Notes: generated by a model not told the origin, from the sequence alone. Shown: positions 1 through 15,501, counted from the first letter of the stretch. The stretch is 64,000 bases of DNA from Eledone cirrhosa (GCA_964016885.1 OZ024759.1:15748001-15812000), one strand, 5' to 3'. Made by a program: numbers and translations.

Positions 1-220
1 AGTTCATAACCTCTTCACGCCGGTTTTTTTTATTTTCTTGGTGCAATACTTGCTTATATTAATATACTCCGTGATCTCTTCTGGACCTATATGCCATATT
101 CACCTACTTGGATTTATGCTATACAACTCATAGGAAACCATCGAGTCAAACTCCCTGGTAAGCAGCTTTCTTGTTTAAACATTCATTCTGGAGATACATA
201 AATAAATCCTAATCTACCTT

Positions 221-302
<82 letters not shown>

Positions 303-614
303 AGTGAAATGGCAGGAGACCAAATATGTTGAATTTCCTTCATTTTTTTTTTCTGCAAACACTATACAGATTTCAGTGCCCGGTTGCTTAAGCACTCTGT
401 GACCAGATCACGTGTTAATTGCGTAATAAATGTATACCAACAGAATGATGGTAAACTTTAAGGCAACAGGCAAAGAAAAAATGTTTTTGACCACCAAATT
501 TAAACGTATATATATTAGAGATGTCAAAATGAATGGACCTGATATTTTAATCTAAAGACATTTTTTTCAATTCCAACCTGCCCGTCCCTTCTATCTATTT
601 TATTTCTCATTCTT

Positions 615-650
615 TCTTCTGATGAAGGACTAGCGTCCAAAACGTTAAGA
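615..650 (+). ncRNA. Minimal type-I hammerhead ribozyme motif, G12>A mutated (family H1)
   Basis: TCTT-CTGATGA-AGGAC tagc GTCC-AAAA-CG-TT-AAGA. Lies in a ~220-bp repeat (515-736) flanked by (TA)n; homologues at 3496-3531 and 54602-54637. Confidence 0.75.
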
Positions 651-730
651 CCCTCTTCCTGCTATTTCAAGCGTTAACCTAATATATTCCTGCCATATAC
701 TGTACTGATTGTGTTGTTATTTCTGTTTAC

Positions 731-761
<31 letters not shown>

Positions 762-765
<4 letters not shown>

Positions 766-926
766 ATAATAATAAATGTGAAGACTAAAATCCAAAGAGG
801 GCTCGATAAGGATAAATATATAGGAACCCTAGTGCAAATATTTATTAAAATAATAGATTAAAATTTAAGCAAAGGGTGAAAGCAACGATACTTTGCTTAA
901 ACTTTAATCTGTTATTTTAATAAATA
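762..926. mobile_element. Fold-back PLE-like terminal fragment (family F1)
   Basis: Inverted arms 839-874 and 891-926, tail 762-838, (TA)n on both sides; homologue at 14504-14683. Confidence 0.7.
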
Positions 927-1429
927 AATATATATATATATCTCCATACATACATGTGCGTATCTTTATGTAGTAACGGTACTTCATTAACACTATTTGC
1001 CCATGAAACGAAGCTATTATCCTGTACTCTATCAGATAATCTACCGTACTATATTTTACTGTTTTCTACCAGACTGTGCCATACTGTACACTGTTATGAT
1101 TCAATTGATTATTCCGCCACCACCCTTATTACTACACTCGTAAATATCTGTAATTTTATGTCTGTGTTATAAATCAATCACCTTCATTATTACCTCAGTT
1201 ATTCCTAAGAACGGATATTAGCAATTACATAAAGTATAGATCGATATAATTAATACCAGACTGTTATAGGTCGAGATTATGACATAATCAAATTAAGCAA
1301 CCTAAATGAAGATTCCCCGGAAATGGCCGCGGCTGTCTAATAATGGTAACAAGTAAAATAACATACGAGTAAATATACAGAGCTCGATTTAACCCTTTCA
1401 ATAGCAAACTCGCTCAAGATCGACTGTTA

Positions 1430-1875
1430 ATATACAAATCTGTGATTCAAGTCCTCATTGTCACAAATCTGTTAAGATACAAAGCTGTCATATAAATCCT
1501 CTTTGTCACAAACAAATCTTTTAAGATACAAATCTGTGATACAAATCCTTTTTGTCACAAATCTTATAAGATACAAATCTGTGATACACATCCTCTGTCA
1601 CAAACCTTTTAAGATACAGACCTTTTAAGATACAAATCTTTTAAGATACAAATTCTCTGTGACACATATCTTTTACGACATATCATTTACGACATATCTT
1701 TTCGCAACATATCGTTTCACGATATCTCTTATAACAAACGTTGTCAACGATACAAAGTCATCAGTGACACATTCTTTTACAATACAAAATATTCTACGAT
1801 ACAAATCATGTATGACATAAATCATCGATAACACATATCTTCCATAAGACAATATTTTTACGATGCAAATCTTCT
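1430..1875. repeat. Degenerate tandem array of GATACAAATC-like units
   Basis: Recurring atacaaatc/acacatatc motifs at roughly 15-30 bp spacing. Confidence 0.7.
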
Positions 1876-1909
1876 AAAGTGGTCATATTTAAATTAAAAC
1901 ATTTCACCA

Positions 1910-2205
1910 TCGGCGTCGAAGACGCTACTTTTTCCCTAAAATAATACTAAAAAATTCAACCATACGTCCTGGAGACCGAAGGTTGTTTATTTATTTTTTT
2001 ATTTTTGGTTGTCAAATTTAGGGTGCGTCCTCGATGACAAAGCGTCTTCGGGGCCGGGAAATACAGTACATAATGCGAAAATGTGTTATTTTAAACATAT
2101 GGGCAGTAGAAAAGGAAAATGAAAGTTGCTGATAGTCAGTGGTGGTCACACATCCTGGCAGACAGGAAAGGGACCGATTGTTAGATCGGACCCCAAAAAA
2201 AATCA
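1910..2205 (+). mobile_element. Tc1/pogo-type MITE-like repeat plus shared flank
   Basis: Ends cggcgtcgaagacgc...gcgtcttcggggccgggaaatacagta; homologous to 14783-15290. Confidence 0.55.
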
Positions 2206-2419
2206 ATGTTTGTATTACTAATGCTATCTGTCTGTCACAACTCCTGGCAGAGGGAAGCAGGATTTGAATTCAGAACACTCAAAGTCTGTTGAAATATCGC
2301 CAACCACACAACACACAGACCAAAAGCACAACACAACCACACAACACAACAACCAACCACAGCACACAACAACATAAACACAGCACACAACAAAACACAC
2401 AACCGACCCGACTTTTCTC

Positions 2420-2660
2420 TTAATCCTTTAGCATTTAAACCGGTCATATCCGGTCAGAATTCTCTCACCTCTTCTGTCTGTTCAAACGAGCTGTAATTTT
2501 CCACTCATACTGATGTTAAGGTATTTTTCTCAAAATATATAATATCAAAATCTCACAGATTCGATATAATGTGATATAATTATGTTAGATAAAGTATTTA
2601 CCGTGAAGATACAACAGTAGAGTAATGTAATATAGAGTAATGTAAATGCTAAAGTGTTAA
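2420..2660. mobile_element. piggyBac-type MITE
   Basis: TTAA-tcctttagcattt...aaatgctaaagtg-TTAA terminal inverted repeats with TTAA at both ends; second copy at 32250-32687. Confidence 0.75.
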
Positions 2661-3164
2661 ACAATTCTGTCAACCTACTACCGATCCTGGATTGGTAATT
2701 TATTTATCGATGAAAAAATTCACAGTTAATCTCGGCGCTATTTGAACTCAGAGCGCAGAGAGGCGAAACAAACCATTAACATTCTAACGACATTAACCAA
2801 TTCGTCACCATAAACATTTGGTAGCTAAAAGGTTAATACATAGCACAACCTACTCACCTATATTAAAATATGTTGCCGTACACAATTGCCTCTCTATGAC
2901 ATCCATTTCTTTCACGCCCTCCCGTTGTCATTTCCACCACATCTCGCCGTGACGAGATAAAATTCACAGAGAAAGAGAGAGAGATGTTGTATCAGAAATT
3001 AAAAGCTGTAAACTTAACGTTGGGCAACATTAATTACTCGTCTCTTTTACCACTTCAACAAATTCCATTATCAACTCAGAATCATGTATGATTATGAAAT
3101 TTCATTAACTGCTAACTGATTTCCCAGTAGCTTTTTAGGACTTCGTATATAAATGCTCTCTGAT

Positions 3165-3437
<273 letters not shown>

Positions 3438-3495
3438 AGTAAACAATTCAATGAAGATATAGATTAGTTTAACGCTTGATATAATAGGAAAAGAG

Positions 3496-3531
3496 ACTTA
3501 ACATTTCGGACGATAGTCCTTCACCGGAAGA
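3496..3531 (-). ncRNA. Decayed hammerhead motif (family H1)
   Basis: Minus strand TCTT-CCGGTGA-AGGAC tatc GTCC-GAAA-TG-TT-AAGT. Confidence 0.6.
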
Positions 3532-3969
3532 TAGGATGAGAGATAGAAACACAGACGAGAGTAAGTAAAGAGAAAAAAACACATGAGCAGTTAGTCAGAT
3601 ATTTAGGAAAAGTGCAACCTAGAATTGGACTCATATATTACAGGAGATAAACATCGCTCAAGTGATATGTAAACCAGTGTGTTTGAGTATAAGTGTATGA
3701 GTGTGTTTGAATGAGTGATTAGGTGTATATAGAGGAATATAAGTAAGTCAGGGACTGAGGGAATGCGTATGTTTGTGTATGTCACTTATTTCCTGGAGCA
3801 GGTGGTGAAACCAAATTAAACAGTATATTTACGATAAATTCCGAACTAAGTCACTTTTTACAATTTAGCGTCATTCCTCTATGACTAACGCTTTAGTAGT
3901 GAAGCATCGTATCACTGTCATCTGTCTAACTACGATGGAAACCTCCAGTTCTTGGAAGAAATTCTCCAC

Positions 3970-3971
3970 AT

Positions 3972-4004
<33 letters not shown>

Positions 4005-4345
4005 CATATGTATACACACATACACACATATATATATACATATATACACACATATATATACATATATACACACATATATATACATATATACACATATATA
4101 CACATATATATATACACACACACATATATACACATATATATATACACACACACATATATATACATATATATACACACACACACACATATATACATATATA
4201 TACACACATATATATATACACACACACACACACATATATATATATACATGCACACACACACACATATACACACGCACACACACACATATATATACACACA
4301 CACACACACACATATATATACACACACACACACACACACATATAT

Positions 4346-4404
<59 letters not shown>

Positions 4405-4846
4405 TATACATACACACATATACATACACACACACATGTATATGTATACACACACACATGTATATATATATACACACACATGTATATATATACATATATA
4501 TACATACATACACACATATATATATATATACATAAACACACATATATACACACATATATATATACATGCACACATATATAATATACAAACACACACACAT
4601 ATATATATATATATACAGACACACATATATATATATATACAGACACACATATATATATACAGACACACACATATATATGTATATATATACACACATATAC
4701 AAATATTATATATATACACACATATATATATACATATACACACACACATATATATATATATATATACACACGCACACATATATATACACACACACCCATA
4801 TATATAAATATATATACACACACATATCTATATACACATACACACA
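3970..4846. repeat. (CA)n/(TA)n mixed microsatellite
   Basis: Directly visible; source of the YIYI/HTHT ORFs. Confidence 0.95.
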
Positions 4847-4982
4847 TAAAAATCACTCAAATTATCTTCATCTCTTTTTTCTTCCTTCGCCCCTTTTCTC
4901 GTTCTACTTTGCCTCCTTTCTTTGTCATTATTATATCCTTCCTCTTTTTCTTCTAGTTATTATCATTATTATTATTACGATT

Positions 4983-5351
4983 TGAAAAGGAAAATCAGGG
5001 TAGAGAGGGAAGTGCTCTCTTCCCAGCATTTTGTTGAAAGATGGGTGAGAGAAGCAAGAATGGCCCGAGTGAATGGGCCTACTCTGAGTATATATCTGTA
5101 AATTAAAGGTGGAAAACTGGGAGAGGGCACTTGCCTTGGTGGTCAGGGTCATTGTGGCCTTTTACCCTGCTTTCTCCACAAATGTCCCTCCGAAGTCTCC
5201 CCCCTATTGGGGAATTTTTCATTGTTATTTTTATTACATCCTCTGTTTTTTGTTTTTTTACACGCAGAAATGCCGATTTGTACCGTCCTGTATTGTCCTG
5301 TACTGTCCTTAGTGTCTACTTTATGTAAACCCTTGTGGTTAATAAAGAAAG
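4983..5351 (+). mobile_element. 5'-truncated Tx1/L1-like LINE 3' end
   Basis: Homologous to 41420-41795; AATAAA at 5341; 13-bp TSD TATTATTACGATT at 4970-4982 and 5352-5364. Confidence 0.85.
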
Positions 5352-5587
5352 TATTATTACGATTATTATTATTACTATTATTACTATTACTATTATCCTT
5401 CCGCTTTCTCTTCAATTCAAACATTATAAATCTAATTTAAATCATTTCAAGCTACTCAATCAAGTAGTAAAGTAAGTCGAATCTATTAAATATATAAAAC
5501 AGCCACCACCACCACCCCTCCCTCCACACACACAGTTACATTATACCTACACCACAGACGTAAGTATATATATAATATATATAGACA

Positions 5588-5624
<37 letters not shown>

Positions 5625-5891
5625 ATATAGACATATACATATATATACACATACATATATACACACATACATATACTTACATACATATATATATACATAC
5701 ATATATACACATATATATATACATATATACAAATATATATATATATACACAAACATATATATATATACACAAACATATATATATATACACACATATATAC
5801 ATATATACACATATATACATAGATATATATACACATATACATATAACTCATCTATACATTCAGGTATACTACGCTTACAATACAGATGTAA

Positions 5892-5926
<35 letters not shown>

Positions 5927-6374
5927 TCACTTATACAGTCAGCTATAAATATATAAATATATATACGACATCGTATACAAGAGAAAGTACAATCAGACGA
6001 ATATAACAGGTACTCCGTCGGGAATGACGACGACTGTTCCAGTTGATACGATCAACAGAACAGCCAGCTCGTAAAATTAACACACAAAGTTGCCGAATAT
6101 TGTATTGGCACGTGTACTCTTAATGTAGTTCAGAAGGACATTCAGCTTGACACGATATATTACAAGGTAGTTTCCTTCTAATTACAGGTAAAACTTCTTT
6201 TTTCTGCCATTTGAGTACACTGGAGCAACGTGAATTAAAGATAATTGCGCAAGGCCTGATAAATATATATATATCGACAGTCAATCAACCTTCGTCAAAT
6301 CTGACCGAGGAAACAATGTTTCCGTTGGTCTTTCCAATTGCTAATGTTATCTATCGGTCGCAACTCCAGGTAGA

Positions 6375-6487
6375 AGGAGCAACGTGAAATAAAGTGTCTT
6401 GCTCAAGGACATAACGCATCGCCCAGTCCAGGATTCGAACTCATAATCTCACGATTGTGAATCCAATTCTCTAACCATTCAGCCTTC
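6375..6487 (-). mobile_element. tRNA-derived SINE (CORE-like family S2), partial
   Basis: Reverse complement has B box GTTCGAATCC and the TGTCCTTGAGCAAGACACTTTATTTCACGTTGCTCC core. Confidence 0.75.
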
Positions 6488-6509
6488 ACACACACATACA
6501 CACACACTC

Positions 6510-6540
<31 letters not shown>

Positions 6541-6548
<8 letters not shown>

Positions 6549-6708
6549 ATATGCTCCGAAATCATTAGACGTGTCCGTCGAACCAGCGGGTCCAGAATCA
6601 GACAGATCAACACAATGATCGCGTCTCGAGTTTTCCGCCAGCGAAACAGTTGTAACACACAATAAATTGAGTTTAGATACATCACTGGTTTTTCGTTTTC
6701 TATTCTAT
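6541..6708 (+). mobile_element. Short (TA)n-embedded repeat; second copy at 25781-25920
   Basis: Shared atatgctccgaaatca..agacgtgtcc and ttgtaacacacaataaattgagtt segments. Confidence 0.6.
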
Positions 6709-6874
6709 ACATATATACATATATATATCGACATATCAAATATATCGATTTTCCTCTGAGGAAACCGTTCTCATAATCAACAGCAAATTCATGAAGGACA
6801 TCTCGATTGCATGGATAACCGTGGAAATAATTATTATGATTAAACGATATATGTAACCTCAGCATCATATTTTG

Positions 6875-6919
<45 letters not shown>

Positions 6920-6924
<5 letters not shown>

Positions 6925-7116
6925 GGAACGAGTAGGACCCCGACGGCTGAGCTCAAGTCGTTACGACGGCTAATTCTGGACTGAATTAGCCGTCGAAACG
7001 GCTTGAGCTCAGCCGTCGGGGTTCTACTCGTTCCTATTACCCACTCTACTACCCTAAGTATTGAGTACTTTGGTGTGTTATGGTCCACCTGGTTCCTTAC
7101 CACATTTCTTTCGTTA
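6920..7116 (+). mobile_element. Fold-back PLE-like element (family F2) with hammerhead 3' half
   Basis: 57-bp inverted arms 6920-6976 and 6983-7039, 77-nt tail, GAAA-CGGCT-tgagctc-AGCCG-TC at 6995-7017, (TA)n flanks. Confidence 0.8.
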
Positions 7117-7157
7117 TATATATATACGTGTATATATATATATATATATATATATAC

Positions 7158-7188
<31 letters not shown>

Positions 7189-7191
<3 letters not shown>

Positions 7192-7322
7192 CGAAGGAAA
7201 TGTGGTAAGGAACCAGGTGGACCATAACGCACCAAAGTACTCGATACTTGAGGTAGTAGAGTGGGTAATAGGAACCAGTAAGTTCAGCTCAGTTGAGCTC
7301 AGCTGTCGGGGTCTTACTGGTT

Positions 7323-7327
<5 letters not shown>
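7189..7327 (-). mobile_element. Fold-back PLE-like element (family F2), opposite orientation
   Basis: Tail 7189-7267; arms 7268-7282 and 7313-7327; short arm ends at TTCCTAT. Confidence 0.75.
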
Positions 7328-7350
<23 letters not shown>

Positions 7351-7357
<7 letters not shown>

Positions 7358-7940
7358 AAGAGAGCACTGCGTCCTGAATATATTTTTTTATCCCGTTAGT
7401 AAAATAAGTTGGATTACTTTGAATAAATAATGAATGAATATTACATAATTTATCTACTAAATTTCGTAACTCTTGATTAAATATAAATAATTTTATTGCC
7501 TATTTCAAGATTCACATCTTTTAAATGCCATCACTTCTGGTTAGCATTCTTTATATTATAACAGTTATTCCCGCCGTTACATTATAACACTCAAATCCCG
7601 CCGAGGATAACTTTGCCTTTCATCCTTACGGAGTAGGTAAAATAAAGTACCAGTAATGCACTGGGATGATTTCTGGCCTTGTGCCAAAAGTAGAAACAGT
7701 TATATTATAACACTTATTACCTCGCTTATATAAGCGTTCATATATTTGCATCGTTATATAAGGTTTATATTTCCGTCGCTAATTTTCTCCTGAAGCAGTT
7801 TATATCTGATATCGCCTTTTGAAATGTCTCATGGATTACTTTACTGATTACAGAAGATAGTGTAACAGACTTTCTTCAATTGCTGTGCATACTCTCAATT
7901 ACAATTTTATTTGACGTATCATATCTAAATGGATATATCG
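7351..7940 (+). mobile_element. Diverged copy of the non-autonomous Helitron-like family with a nested SINE fragment (about 7590-7702)
   Basis: Homologous to 15502-15968 and 36781-37452. Confidence 0.6.
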
Positions 7941-8169
7941 CAGCACAAAATGGCTACCTGGAGATGTGATGGCGGGGCATTATTTTATCTATGTTTTCCT
8001 CTGTTTTTAAACTCTCTGCGATATTTATTGTGTAGACAAATTAATGTCTTTGCTTTGACTATCAGAAAGCTTATTGTTAAATATTCATTAGGTACATTAT
8101 GATGCCATGCATCAAATTGAGTGGCTTGGAATATACTGCGTTCAGTACGTATGTTAAAGTCTTTATTTA

Positions 8170-9258
8170 TTTTTATATATATATTTTTTATATATATTAT
8201 ATATATATATATAAAATATATATATATATATATATATAATATAAATATATATATATATATATAATATAAATATATATAAAATATAAATATATATAAAATA
8301 TAAATATATATATATAAAATGTAAATATATATATATAAATATATATATATAAAATATAAATATATATATATTATATATAAAATATATATATATATATAAA
8401 ATATATATATATATATATAAAATATATATATATATATATATATAATATAAATATATATAAAATATAAATATATATATATAAAATATAAATATATATAAAA
8501 TATAAATATATATATATAAAATGTAAATATATATATATAAATATATATATATAAAATATAAATATATATATATTATATATAAAATATATATATATATATA
8601 AAATATATATATATATATATATAAAATATATATATATATATATATATAATATAAATATATATAAAATATAAATATATATATATAAAATGTAAATATATAT
8701 ATATAAATATATATATATAAAATATAAATATATATATATTATATATAAAATATATATATATATATAAAATATATATATATATATATATAAAATATATATA
8801 TATATATATATATAATATAAATATATATAAAATATAAATATATATATATAAAATATAAATATATATATATAAAATATAAATATATATATATTATATATAT
8901 ATATATATAAAATATATATATATATATATAAAATATATATATATATATAAAATATATATATATATATAAAAAATATATATATATATATAAAATATATATA
9001 TATATATAAAATATATATATATAATATATATATATATATAAAATATATATATATATATATAAAATATATATATATATATATAAAATATATAAATATATAT
9101 ATAAAATATATATATATATATATAAAATATATATATATATATATAAAATATATATATATATATATAAAATATATATATATATATATAAAATATATATATA
9201 TATATATAAAATATATATATATATATATAAAATATATATATATATAAAATATATATAT

Positions 9259-9313
<55 letters not shown>

Positions 9314-9449
9314 ATATATATATATATATAAAATATATATATATATAAAATATATATATATATAAATTATATAATATATATATATATATATAAAATATAT
9401 ATATATATAAAATATATATATATATAAAATATATATATATATATATAAT

Positions 9450-9502
<53 letters not shown>

Positions 9503-9549
9503 TATATATATAAAATATATATATATATATAAAATATATATATATATAT

Positions 9550-9602
<53 letters not shown>

Positions 9603-9748
9603 TATATATATATAAAATATATATATATATATATATAAAATATATATATATATATAAAATATATATATATATAATATATATATATATAAAATATATATAT
9701 ATATATATAAAATATATATATATATATATAAAATATATATATATATAT

Positions 9749-9795
<47 letters not shown>
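8170..9795. repeat. Long (TA)n tract with TAAAA interruptions
   Basis: Directly visible. Confidence 0.97.
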
Positions 9796-9797
<2 letters not shown>

Positions 9798-9910
9798 CAT
9801 GTGACTGAATGGGTAGAAAATTGGATTCGCAATCGTGAGGTGGTGAGTTCGATTCCCGGACAGGGCGATGCTTTATGTCATTGAGCAAGACACTTTATTT
9901 CACGTTGCAC
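9796..9910 (+). mobile_element. tRNA-derived SINE family S2, 5' part
   Basis: A/B-box-like head (GTTCGATTCC) and TTGAGCAAGACACTTTATTTCACGTTGC core. Confidence 0.75.
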
Positions 9911-10007
9911 CCACCTGGAGTTGCGACCGATAGATAGTATTAGCAATTGGAAAGACCAATGGAAACATTGTTTCCTCGGTCCAATTTGAAGAAGGTCGAT
10001 AGTTCTA

Positions 10008-11543
<1,536 letters not shown>

Positions 11544-11764
11544 ACAGAAAGATAGACCATTACATTGTATGCTCAAACGAAACACTACTGATACATGTTT
11601 TAATCCCAGAAGACGAGTGAACATGTCAGAGTATTTTGCTTGCAGTAATTAGGAATAGCGTGAAGGCGACTATAGAGTAATTGACTTCTCTTTCTTAGTT
11701 TCCACAATAATGGAGTTACATTAGGCTCATAGTCACACAGCTACAACTACGGCACAGCACTCAC

Positions 11765-13315
11765 GACACCCGTATAACACTCACAACACCCGTATAACAC
11801 ACACAACATACATATAACACAGAACTACTGTATAATACAGACTTAACACAGAACCACAGCAGAACACACACAAAACACAGAACTACAGTATAACACAGAA
11901 CTACAGTATAACACAGGACCACAGCAGAACACACACATAACACAGGACTACAGTATAATACAGAACTACAGTATAACACAGGACCACAGCAGAACACACA
12001 CATAACACAGGACTACCGTATAATACAGAACTACAGTATACCACAGAACCACAGCAGAACACACATAACACAGAACTACAGTATAATACAGAACCACAGC
12101 AGAACACACACATAACACAGAACTACAGTATAATACAGAACTACAGTATAACACAGGACCACAGCAGAACACACACATAACACAGAACTACAGTATAATA
12201 CAGAACTACAGTATAACACAGGACCACAGCAGAACACACACATAACACAGAACTACAGTATAATACAGAACTACAGTATAACACAGAACCACAGCAGAAC
12301 ACACATAACACAGAACTACAGTATAACACAGAACTACAGTATAACACAGGACCACAGCAGAACACACACATAACACAGAACTACAGTATAATACAGAACT
12401 ACAGTATAACACAGAACCACAGCAGAACACACACATAACACAGAACTACAGTATAACACAGAACTACAGTATAACACAGAACCACAGCAGAACACACACA
12501 TAACACAGAACTACAGTATAACACACACATAACACAGAACTACAGTTTAACACACACATAACACAGAACTACAGTATAAACCACACATAACACAGAACTA
12601 CAGCATAACACAGACATAACACAGAACCACAGTATAACACATAACTACAGTATAACACAAAACTACAGTATAACACAGAACTACAGTATAACAAACACAT
12701 AACACAGAACTACAGCATAACACAGACATAACACAGACCTACAGTATAACACAGAACTACAGTATAACACAGAACTACAGTATAACACAGAACTACAGTA
12801 TAACAAACACATAATACAGAACCACAGCAGAACACACACAACAGAATACAACACAACACAACATTACACATGACAACCACACAACAGTACACATCACAAC
12901 CACAACACAACCAGAGCACAAACAGCACACAACATTACACAACCCAATACACACAACACAACACAACAACAGCACAACCACAGCACACAACATTACACAT
13001 GACAACCACACAACAGTACACATCACAACCACAACAGCACACAACATTACACAACCCAATACACACAACACAACCACAGCACACAACATTACACAACCCA
13101 ATACACACAACATTACACAACACACCACAACACAACCACAGCACACAGCATTACACACGACAACCACACAACAGTACACATCACAACACAACCACAGCAC
13201 ACAACGTTACACATGACAACCACACAACAGTACACATCACAACACACAACAGTACATATCACAACACACAACAGTACATATCACAACACACAACAGTACA
13301 TATCACACCACTACA
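11765..13315. repeat. Minisatellite of 18-bp ACAGAACTACAGTATAAC subunits with a ~65-bp higher-order unit, grading into a CAA/CAC-rich array
   Basis: Directly visible tandem units. Confidence 0.9.
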
Positions 13316-13566
13316 GCAAATGTATTTAAAATGTCTGCTCTTAGTAATACAGCAGTGAAGTTATATTGAACTGGGATTGATTCTCAACAGAAATGGCTAG
13401 CAAATATATGAGAGAGGGAAGAGTGAAACAACAACAATACTAACAACAACGGCAATAAAATACATAAATATATATATTTGGCCATTTTCCAAATATATAT
13501 ATATGTCCGTCAAAATGTAGCTGGCAACATGTTATAAGTTCTGCAGATGTTTTGGTTACTACGCAC

Positions 13567-13619
<53 letters not shown>

Positions 13620-14083
13620 AACATATATATTCGCACATATATACATACAAACATAAATATATACATATATATACATATATACATAAATACACACATACAT
13701 ACAAACAAATATATACATATATATATATGTATACATAAAGACACATATTTATACATACATACAAACAAATATATACATATATATATATACATAAAGACAC
13801 ACATATATATACATACACACATATAAACATACATATACATACATACACACAAATACATACATTTATATATACATACACACAAATACATATAAACACACAC
13901 ACATATATATATGCATATATATGCATATAAACACATAAATACTTACATATATACATATATATGCATATAAACACACATAAATACATACATATATATATAT
14001 ATAAACACACATAAACACATGCATACATACATATATATATAAACGCACATACATACACATACATATATATTTCTCTGTGTGTA

Positions 14084-14151
<68 letters not shown>

Positions 14152-14184
14152 CATAATCGGAGAAAGCTAAAAGCGATACTCCGG

Positions 14185-14226
<42 letters not shown>

Positions 14227-14503
14227 ATTAAAAGTTTCAGCAAACAATTGCTGCCCTCACTCGAAGTATACGATAAGTTATATCTGTATAAATACAAAGA
14301 GGGTAACCGAGATTGCACCAACGTATATATAAATATACACATATGTAATATATATGTATGTATGTAAACATGCCAAAAAATACGAATTTCCCTGTCAATT
14401 GAAAAATGATACACACCTTTAATTGATATACGGACCTTATTGCACCAGGTGTGTATATCGTCTTAACGACCACAGGGAAACGTGTATATACACATTAGTT
14501 CAT

Positions 14504-14683
14504 ATATTTATTATAAGAGCAGATTAAAGTTTAAGCAATGAATCGCTTAAGGGTGAAAGCAGCGATTCTTTGCTTAAACGTTAATCTGTTGTAATAAATA
14601 TCTCCTCTACGGGTTTTTAATTTATATATATATAATCCTTATCGAGCCCTTGTCTGATTTTAGTCTTCATATCTATTATTACT
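14504..14683 (+). mobile_element. Fold-back PLE-like fragment (family F1)
   Basis: Arms 14504-14547 and 14561-14601; tail homologous to the reverse complement of 762-838. Confidence 0.7.
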
Positions 14684-14782
14684 ATATATATGTCTATATA
14701 TATATATATATAAGGAGACACAAAGCAGGCTTTGTTTTGAAACGGCTAGCGAATTTGAAAAGTAGGTAGTAGCATCTTCGAC

Positions 14783-15165
14783 GCCGTATTTGACGGCGTC
14801 GAAGATGCTACTTTTTTCCTAAAATAAGTCTCAAAAATCTACCATGCGTCCTGGAGGCTGAAGGTTGGTTATTTTTTTTCATTCAAATATATATAGGGCG
14901 GTGGATTGGCAGTATCGGTAGAGGGTCGGACGCCATGCTTTCCAGCATAGTTACGTCCCTTTACGATCTGAGTTCAAATCCCGCCGAGGTTGACTTTGCC
15001 TTTCATCCTTACGGGGTCGATAAAATAAAGTACCAGTAATGCACTGGGTAATTACTGGCCTTGTGCCTAAAGTAGAAACAATTATTTTTTATTCAAATTT
15101 TTGGTTGTCAAAATTAGGGTGCATTCTCGAGGACTAAGCCTCTTCGGCGCTGGGAATTACGCTAC
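14783..15165 (+). mobile_element. Tc1/pogo-type MITE interrupted by a SINE
   Basis: ccgtatttgacggcgtcgaaga...tcttcggcgctgggaattacgcta ends; uninterrupted copy at 1910-2068. Confidence 0.55.
14896..15082 (+). mobile_element. Full-length tRNA-derived SINE with Nin/Deu-like domain (family S1)
   Basis: TGGCAGTATCGG A box, GTTCAAATCC B box, TTTGCCTTTCATCC...GGTCGATAAAATAAAGTACCAG core; flanking repeat ttttt(c)attcaaat. Confidence 0.85.
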
Positions 15166-15501
15166 ATACGAAAATGTGATATTTTAAACACATGGGCAGG
15201 AGAATAGGAAAATGACAGTTGCTGATAGTCACAGCTCCTGGGAGAAAGGAAAGGGACCGATTGTCAGACCGGATCAAAAAAAAAACAATATAAGTATTAG
15301 GGTACGTCCTCGAGGACGAAGTGTCTTCGGCACCGGGAAATACGGTTATTTGTTAGTTGGGATTTTAAAAAGGTCTCTGAATAAAAAAATAGGATTGCTA
15401 TTGACGTCAATACTCATCCTTTTTTCCAGTCATATGCTTAAGCCGTATTTGACTATTTAGTCAAATACGGCTTCAGCATATGTTACTAGCTTATATATAT
15501 A

